Sequence record: SRR31156797_1402
DNA: 21,894 nt
Direction: 5' to 3' (one strand)
The translations under genes were made by a program, and so were the position numbers. The notes under the pieces are model-generated. The model worked only from the letters and a program-made list of their open reading frames with translations. It had not been told where the DNA came from and made no database searches. This document shows positions 17,031-21,894 of this stretch, in pieces (the stretch's first letter is position 1; each line of letters starts with the position of its first letter).

Positions 17031-17044
17031 TTAAGATTATTCCT

Positions 17045-17953
17045 TTATGCAACGATGGTTATCCCATCTTCCGGTATCTCCATATCAAGTGATGCCTTGA
17101 TTGAAATGATAGCAACTTCGAGCTGACTGTCGTCAGGTTCCTGAGTCGTTATCTTCTGGACGAGAAGACCGGGAAGTATAAGCAATTTAACTATCGGGTT
17201 TTTAAAATATTTTCCACTTAGCTTAAGTATCTCATAGCTTATCCCTGCAATGACAGGAACAAAAACAAGACGTCCGCCAAGCTTTATAAAAAAGTGGGCA
17301 TCATTAGGTATAAGTGAAAAAACCATAATACACACAAGCATTAATATAATCAAGAAGCTAGTTCCGCACCTAGGGTGAAAGCGGCTCTGCTCACGTGCAT
17401 TCTCAACTGTCAGGTCAAGCCCCTGCTCATATGTGAAAATAGCCTTATGCTCTGCACCGTGATATTGAAACACCCGCTGGATATCACTCATAAACGATAT
17501 CGCCCAGACATAAATCACAAAAAATATCACACGGACAACACCATCAATACCGTTATACAGGAGCGCAGAAGTCTCCACCTCCGGTATGATATATTTCGAA
17601 AGTTCAGTAACCTGAAGCGGCAGATATATAAAAAGCAGCAACCCAAGCCCTATGCCTGTCGCCATGCTGAGAAACATAGCCCATTTACTTACGTGCTCCT
17701 CACCCTCGCCTGTCGAGTGGTAGGCGCTGAAATTTAGCGCACGAATACCGAGTATCAGAGCATCATAAAGAGCTATAAGCCCTCTGATGAGCGGCTTTTT
17801 GAATAGTTTATTGGAATCTATCTTCACTTCTTCTTTTTTGAGGACAATCTCTTCTTCGCTCTTACGAACAGCAATGACAAACTTCTTCGGGGCACGCATC
17901 ATAACGCCCTCAATAACAGCCTGCCCGCCAATATTTGGTTTTTTACACGACAT
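17045..17953 (-). CDS. DUF1385 (YqhQ-like) membrane protein
   Basis: IGGQAVIEGVMMR, FQYHGAEHK, HPRCGTSF and QxxTTQEP; usual neighbour of rpmE/prfA/prmC. Confidence 0.92.
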   Translation of the reverse strand: MSCKKPNIGGQAVIEGVMMRAPKKFVIAVRKSEEEIVLKKEEVKIDSNKLFKKPLIRGLIALYDALILGIRALNFSAYHSTGEGEEHVSKWAMFLSMATGIGLGLLLFIYLPLQVTELSKYIIPEVETSALLYNGIDGVVRVIFFVIYVWAISFMSDIQRVFQYHGAEHKAIFTYEQGLDLTVENAREQSRFHPRCGTSFLIILMLVCIMVFSLIPNDAHFFIKLGGRLVFVPVIAGISYEILKLSGKYFKNPIVKLLILPGLLVQKITTQEPDDSQLEVAIISIKASLDMEIPEDGITIVA

Positions 17954-18132
17954 ATATGTTTTATCCTTTAAATATGCAAGTTAAGTTATCCGAGTAGTAT
18001 AGGAAATTTAGATAAAAATGCCAGCAATTTCCATATAATATTTATAAAAGGCTAAATATTAGCAATCTGAATCAGGTATTATACTACCTCTATGCGCTAC
18101 CATGTCTCTAAACTGAAATACAGAAGGTGAAA

Positions 18133-18981
18133 ATGTCGTACGAAGTAAAGATTTCAAAGATTTGTGAGCATATTGAAAATAATCTGAGTGAAGACCTCTC
18201 GCTGGACGAGGTGAGCAGTATTGCAGCTGTTTCAAAATTCCATCTTCACAGATTATTCCTTGCTAACAAAGGGATGACACTGAGCAGATTTGTTCAACTC
18301 TCCCGTTTGAAAAAAGCATCTTACCAGCTCGCATTCAAAAAAGAACTTCGGATAATCGACATAGCTCTTGATGCTGCTTATGAAAGTCCTGAAGCTTTCA
18401 CAAGGGCGTTTAAGAGTGTCTTCAGGCAAACACCATCTCAATTCAGAAAAAAACCTGACTGGAGTTTTTGGAATGAAAATCTATCAACTCTGTCACACCG
18501 AGGAGTAATCAGTATGGAAGTCAATATAGCTGACTTTAAAGAGACAAAAGTAGCGGTACTTGAACATCACGGTTCACCGGATAAGGTGCTGGATAGCGCA
18601 GGGAAGTTCATCGAATGGCGAAAAACGACGGGACTGTCGCCAGTTAAATCGAGCGGTACTTTCGGCATCCCCTACAGCGACCCTGAAACAACACCAAAAG
18701 ATGAGTTCCACTTTGACATCTGCGGTTCAACTGATAGCGATATACCTGAAAATGAATACGGCATAAAAGCTGGGATAATCCCCGGAGGGCGATGTGCTGT
18801 TGTAAGGCATAAGGGTAGCTTAGACAATGTATCTGACAGTATCTATTATCTTTACAGGGAGTGGCTGCCCAATAGCGGGGAAGAGCTAAGGGGTTTCCCC
18901 TGTTTCTTTCAGTACATAACTCTTATACCTGATGTCGCAGAGTGCGACCTGATAACAGATATTTACCTGCCTATTAAGTAA
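18133..18981 (+). CDS. AraC-family transcriptional regulator with a C-terminal GyrI-like effector-binding domain
   Basis: N-terminal double HTH (SKFHLHRLF ... IIDIALDAAYESPEAFTRAFKSVFRQTPSQFR) and a C-terminal GyrI-like domain (YSDP, IPGGRCAV, HKG, LYREWLP, TDIYLPI). ATG 18133 is preferred because AAGGTG lies just upstream; the ORF track starts at GTG 18127. Confidence 0.92.
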   Translation: MSYEVKISKICEHIENNLSEDLSLDEVSSIAAVSKFHLHRLFLANKGMTLSRFVQLSRLKKASYQLAFKKELRIIDIALDAAYESPEAFTRAFKSVFRQTPSQFRKKPDWSFWNENLSTLSHRGVISMEVNIADFKETKVAVLEHHGSPDKVLDSAGKFIEWRKTTGLSPVKSSGTFGIPYSDPETTPKDEFHFDICGSTDSDIPENEYGIKAGIIPGGRCAVVRHKGSLDNVSDSIYYLYREWLPNSGEELRGFPCFFQYITLIPDVAECDLITDIYLPIK

Positions 18982-18989
18982 GCGCAAAC

Positions 18990-19018
18990 AAAAAGCCCGA
19001 CGGTTTCCATCGGGCTTT
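18990..19018 (-). terminator. Rho-independent terminator for rpmE, probably bidirectional with the convergent AraC gene
   Basis: Minus strand GCCCGATGG-AAA-CCGTCGGGC followed by TTTTTGTTT; on the plus strand the stem is followed by TTTAATATCTT. Confidence 0.85.
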
Positions 19019-19065
19019 AATATCTTATCAAGCGAATGAAGTGAGCCGAACAAACGTTAGGCACA
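19014..19065. repeat. Degenerate ~50-bp intergenic repeat, copy 2
   Basis: Aligns by eye with 15871-15919; core GC-GA-AT-GAA-GT-GA-GC at 19032-19046. Confidence 0.5.
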
Positions 19066-19109
19066 GCAAACATTCAATATACAACAATATACCTAAAGGT
19101 TTTGACCTT

Positions 19110-19316
19110 CTAGCCTCTGTTGTATTTCTTCATGAATTTCTCTACACGACCAGCAGTATCGATAAACTTCTGCTTTCCTGTAAAGAATGGGTGACATTCA
19201 GCACAAATAGCAACACCAGCCTTATCAGGATCTACTGTTGACTTAGTTTTGAACTCTGCACCGCATGCACACTTGAATGTAGTGTCTTTGTAATCTGGGT
19301 GAATACCTTTTTTCAT
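19110..19316 (-). CDS. rpmE: 50S ribosomal protein bL31, zinc-binding (C+) type
   Basis: [26 protein letters not shown] and GRVEKF; SD AGAGG at 19326-19330. Confidence 0.98.
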   Translation of the reverse strand: MKKGIHPDYKDTTFKCACGAEFKTKSTVDPDKAGVAICAECHPFFTGKQKFIDTAGRVEKFMKKYNRG

Positions 19317-19336
19317 TTAATTATACCTCTTATATT

Positions 19337-19418
19337 AAGCACAGCACACAAAGCAAGCTTTCGCCCCAAACTGTGCCCCCCTTCGGACGCTACTGTTCCA
19401 ACAGTTTCGTCAGGGAAC
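19337..19418 (-). ncRNA. Putative structured 5' leader of rpmE
   Basis: Two adjacent GC-richer stem-loops between a strong promoter and the SD: CCCU/GACG/ACUGU-UGGA-ACAGU/CGUC/AGGG, and GGGCACAG...GGGC-GAAA-GCUU...CUGUGCUU. Confidence 0.5.
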
Positions 19419-19422
19419 ATGG

Positions 19423-19451
19423 GTTATATCACACCCACATCGTTATATCAA
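19423..19451 (-). promoter_or_regulatory. sigma70 promoter of rpmE
   Basis: TTGATA(19451-19446)-17 nt-TATAAC(19428-19423) with a TGn extended -10. Confidence 0.7.
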
Positions 19452-19488
19452 GTTTTTTGTAACAAAAATATTACTTAAACTTAAATTT

Positions 19489-20730
19489 CTATTTAGCCAT
19501 GTTCTCAAGGAACGCAATGTTAGTCTTAGTCCCTTTCATCTTATCAAGCAGGAATTCCATAGCGTCTACAGAGTTCATGTTTGAGAGGAAACGTCTGAGA
19601 ATCCAAACCTTATTAAGTTCTTCCTTAGTAAGGAGAAGATCTTCACGTCTGGTTCCTGATTTATTAATATCAAGAGCAGGGAAGGTTCTGCGTTCGGAGA
19701 GCTTTCTGTCGAGGTGAAGCTCCATGTTACCAGTACCTTTGAATTCCTCGTAAATAACTTCGTCCATTCTGGAGCCTGTGTCAACAAGCCCTGTAGCAAC
19801 GATAGAGAGGGAACCGCCCTCTTCTATATTTCTGGCAGCACCGAAAAATCTCTTCGGCTTATGCAGAGCGTTAGAGTCAACACCACCGGAAAGAACCTTA
19901 CCTGATGGCGGCTCAATGGAGTTGTATGCTCTTGCGAGACGAGTGATAGAGTCAAGAAGGATAACAACATCTTTCTTATGTTCTACAAGCCTCTTAGCTT
20001 TATTAAGAACCATCTCGGAAACCTGTACGTGTCTGTAAGCAGGCTCATCGAAAGTTGAGCTGACAACCTCTGCATTAACAGAGCGGGACATGTCGGTAAC
20101 TTCCTCTGGTCTTTCGTCTATAAGGAGGATAATGAGGTAAACCTCTGGGTGGTTTGCTGTAATAGAGTTTGCAATGCTCTTGAGAAGCATAGTTTTACCG
20201 GTCTTTGGTGGAGAGACAAGAAGTCCCCTCTGACCTTTACCGATAGGAGCAAGCAGATCCATTATACGAGTTTCGTATGCTGTCGGTTTATTTTCAAGAT
20301 TGAGTCTCTCTTCTGGGAAGAGCGGTGTAAGGTTCTCAAAGAGAGTACGCTTACGTGATGGCTCGTCAAAGTTGATCTTCTCAACTTTAAGGAGTGCAAA
20401 ATATTTCTCGTTATCTTTCGGAGGTCTGATTTCACCTGTTACAGTGTCACCATTTCTAAGTCCGAACCTGCGGATTTGTGCAGGTGAGACATATATATCG
20501 TCAGGTCCCGGAAGATAGTTGTAAGCTGGCGAGCGGAGGAATCCGAACCCATCAGGGAGGATCTCTATAACGCCCTGTCCAAAAATCTGTCCGTTCTGTG
20601 CGCTTGTTTGTTTAAGGATTTCAAAGATAAGCTCCTGTTTGAGGAGTCCATCACAATTTTCGATGTTAAGGGAATTTGCTATCTCTACAAGTTCTTCGAT
20701 AGGCTGCTTTTTCAAATCAGTAAGATTCAC
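19489..20730 (-). CDS. rho: Transcription termination factor Rho
   Basis: DGFGFLR, DIYVS, GKGQR, PPKTGKT, DERPEE, DSITR and [12 protein letters not shown] start with GGAG at 20738-20741. Confidence 0.98.
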   Translation of the reverse strand: MNLTDLKKQPIEELVEIANSLNIENCDGLLKQELIFEILKQTSAQNGQIFGQGVIEILPDGFGFLRSPAYNYLPGPDDIYVSPAQIRRFGLRNGDTVTGEIRPPKDNEKYFALLKVEKINFDEPSRKRTLFENLTPLFPEERLNLENKPTAYETRIMDLLAPIGKGQRGLLVSPPKTGKTMLLKSIANSITANHPEVYLIILLIDERPEEVTDMSRSVNAEVVSSTFDEPAYRHVQVSEMVLNKAKRLVEHKKDVVILLDSITRLARAYNSIEPPSGKVLSGGVDSNALHKPKRFFGAARNIEEGGSLSIVATGLVDTGSRMDEVIYEEFKGTGNMELHLDRKLSERRTFPALDINKSGTRREDLLLTKEELNKVWILRRFLSNMNSVDAMEFLLDKMKGTKTNIAFLENMAK

Positions 20731-20888
20731 GCTATTTCTCCATAGATTATGTTTACTTATGAACTAATTAAAATAATTAACAACGGGTTGTATTAAGAAT
20801 AATCTCGTTTAAGTTTTTTTGATTTGTTTAATGGTACACCGCCGGCTGGCAGTAGGTCCAAGTAGGCTCCAAGCCTTGCTTCAGAATA

Positions 20889-20917
20889 AATTTATTCCTA
20901 TATGCATCTAAAGTCAA
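20889..20917 (-). promoter_or_regulatory. Candidate sigma70 promoter of rho
   Basis: TTGACT(20917-20912)-17 nt-TAAATT(20894-20889); the -10 lies inside the perfect palindrome GAATAAATTTATTC (20884-20897). Confidence 0.55.
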
Positions 20918-20946
20918 CTAAAAAGTGTTACTTAAATTTAATACTA

Positions 20947-21846
20947 TCATGTCGTTAATTGCTTTCTAAGCCTGGGTCTCATCTGACTTATTGCAACTCC
21001 GGCAAAAATAACTGCCACAGCTACGCCCTGAGTCACGTTAAGCTTCTCTCCTAAAAAGAGAAAAGCAAGCAGCAATGTAAAGGCAGGAATAAGGTTAATG
21101 TATGCGGACGCTGTGGAGGCTTTAGTTTTAGCAACTCCATAATTATAAAGACCGTAAGCTCCTATGGTAACAACAGCACCAAGATATATAACACCGAGCG
21201 TAGGTGCAAACGCAAATGTCTCAGGTTTCTCAACCATTGGCAGGAACAAAACAGGAAAATAGAATATCGCACCGATAAACGCCTGCACAGCAGTAAGGAA
21301 AAAAGGTCCATACCTATCTGAAAGGTGTTTAAGCGTAATAACATAGCCGGAAGCGCAAACCATAGCCAGAAACTCCATAAAGTTACCATAAACAGGGTTT
21401 GGAGCATAATCCGTAGCTGTTGAGCTGAGACTCAGCCATATGGAGCCGATTATCGCCACGGTAAACCCAATAACCATATTTCTGGTGATATCCTCTTTGA
21501 GCACAAACTTTGCACCAACAGCCACAATGAGCGGAAGCATAGCTGTAATCATCCCTGCACCGGATGCTGTAGTGTTTTCAATTGCGATAGCCTCAAATAT
21601 GAAATACAGGCAAGGTTCAAAAAAAGCCATGATCACCAAATATTTGATGTCAGATTTATGTATTTTAGGCGGTATAATGAATTTGTATAAAAAGATAAAA
21701 CAAACAGATGCAACAAACAATCGACCAAATATGACTATCATCGGGTCGAAAACTGAAAATGTGTATTTCAGTGCCACAAATGAGCTAGCCCAAATCACTG
21801 TAGCTAAAAGGAGAGCCGCAACCGCAGCCAAAGGGTTATTTTGCAA
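20947..21846 (-). CDS. DMT/EamA-family transporter
   Basis: 299 aa with about 10 hydrophobic segments in two repeats; IWASSF, R in TM2, LxE, GN and NLIP...LGE. TTG start. Confidence 0.92.
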   Translation of the reverse strand: MQNNPLAAVAALLLATVIWASSFVALKYTFSVFDPMIVIFGRLFVASVCFIFLYKFIIPPKIHKSDIKYLVIMAFFEPCLYFIFEAIAIENTTASGAGMITAMLPLIVAVGAKFVLKEDITRNMVIGFTVAIIGSIWLSLSSTATDYAPNPVYGNFMEFLAMVCASGYVITLKHLSDRYGPFFLTAVQAFIGAIFYFPVLFLPMVEKPETFAFAPTLGVIYLGAVVTIGAYGLYNYGVAKTKASTASAYINLIPAFTLLLAFLFLGEKLNVTQGVAVAVIFAGVAISQMRPRLRKQLTT

Positions 21847-21894
21847 TTATAATTCCATATCTCGACCGTAAACAGTATGGATTATCTCCCTCGC
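21847..21894 (-). CDS. Probable 3' end of an upstream gene that starts outside the window
   Basis: Open frame AREIIHTVYGRDMEL* whose TAA directly abuts the EamA TTG; too short to identify. Confidence 0.35.
   Translation of the reverse strand, partial: AREIIHTVYGRDMEL

Noticed and set aside
19056..19062. GTTAGGC here (and GTTAAAC at 15902-15908) as integron attC core sites making the AraC gene a cassette
   Set aside because: I found no properly placed complementary RYYYAAC with L boxes forming an attC hairpin, and there is no integrase in the window.
19355..19413. Hammerhead ribozyme in the rpmE leader (CUGACGA ... GAAA)
   Set aside because: The stem after CUGACGA is followed by AGCG rather than GAAA, and stems I and III with a cleavage triplet cannot be built.
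21847..21858. In-frame ATG-GAA-TTA-TAA before the EamA TTG as a nonsense mutation (pseudogene)
   Set aside because: The 299-aa EamA is complete from the TTG, and the upstream frame is more simply the tail of a preceding gene.
215..21871. The many short plus-strand and alternate-frame ORFs, such as 215-415, 2736-3203, 10269-10763, 10793-11032, 17375-17737, 19041-19241 and 21440-21871
   Set aside because: They overlap well-supported genes and show no recognisable motifs; they are expected shadow ORFs.
1..21894. CRISPR array, tRNA/rRNA, IS transposase, prophage or defence genes
   Set aside because: I saw no regularly spaced repeats, cloverleaf motifs or relevant protein motifs; all intergenic gaps are about 220 nt or less and were read individually.

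Overview
The window is mostly core housekeeping DNA of a Gram-negative (LPS-producing) bacterium, and almost every gene lies on the minus strand. Gene order and protein character suggest a Deferribacterales/deltaproteobacteria-like anaerobe; this is an inference, not verified. Read in transcription direction (right to left), it carries an EamA transporter, rho, rpmE, an opposite-strand AraC/GyrI regulator, DUF1385, prfA and a palindromic repeat. A tightly packed run follows: prmC-murA-hisG(short)-bamA-skp-lpxD-fabZ-lpxA-Gfo/Idh/MocA(GnnA-like)-lpxI-cheX-pilD. After that come tyrS-DUF1015, a FadL-family outer-membrane channel, and a Tat-exported M15/VanY-like peptidase that runs off the left edge and is absent from the ORF track. 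I saw no CRISPR array, tRNA/rRNA, transposase or integrase, and I cannot support a large new system here. The best leads are smaller: a probable diamino-glucose lipid A pathway, a possible second in-frame product from the AraC/GyrI gene, a structured rpmE leader RNA, two dispersed repeat families, a pilD gene that seems to need a non-canonical start codon, and an operator-rich promoter plus an Ala-rich insert in fadL.
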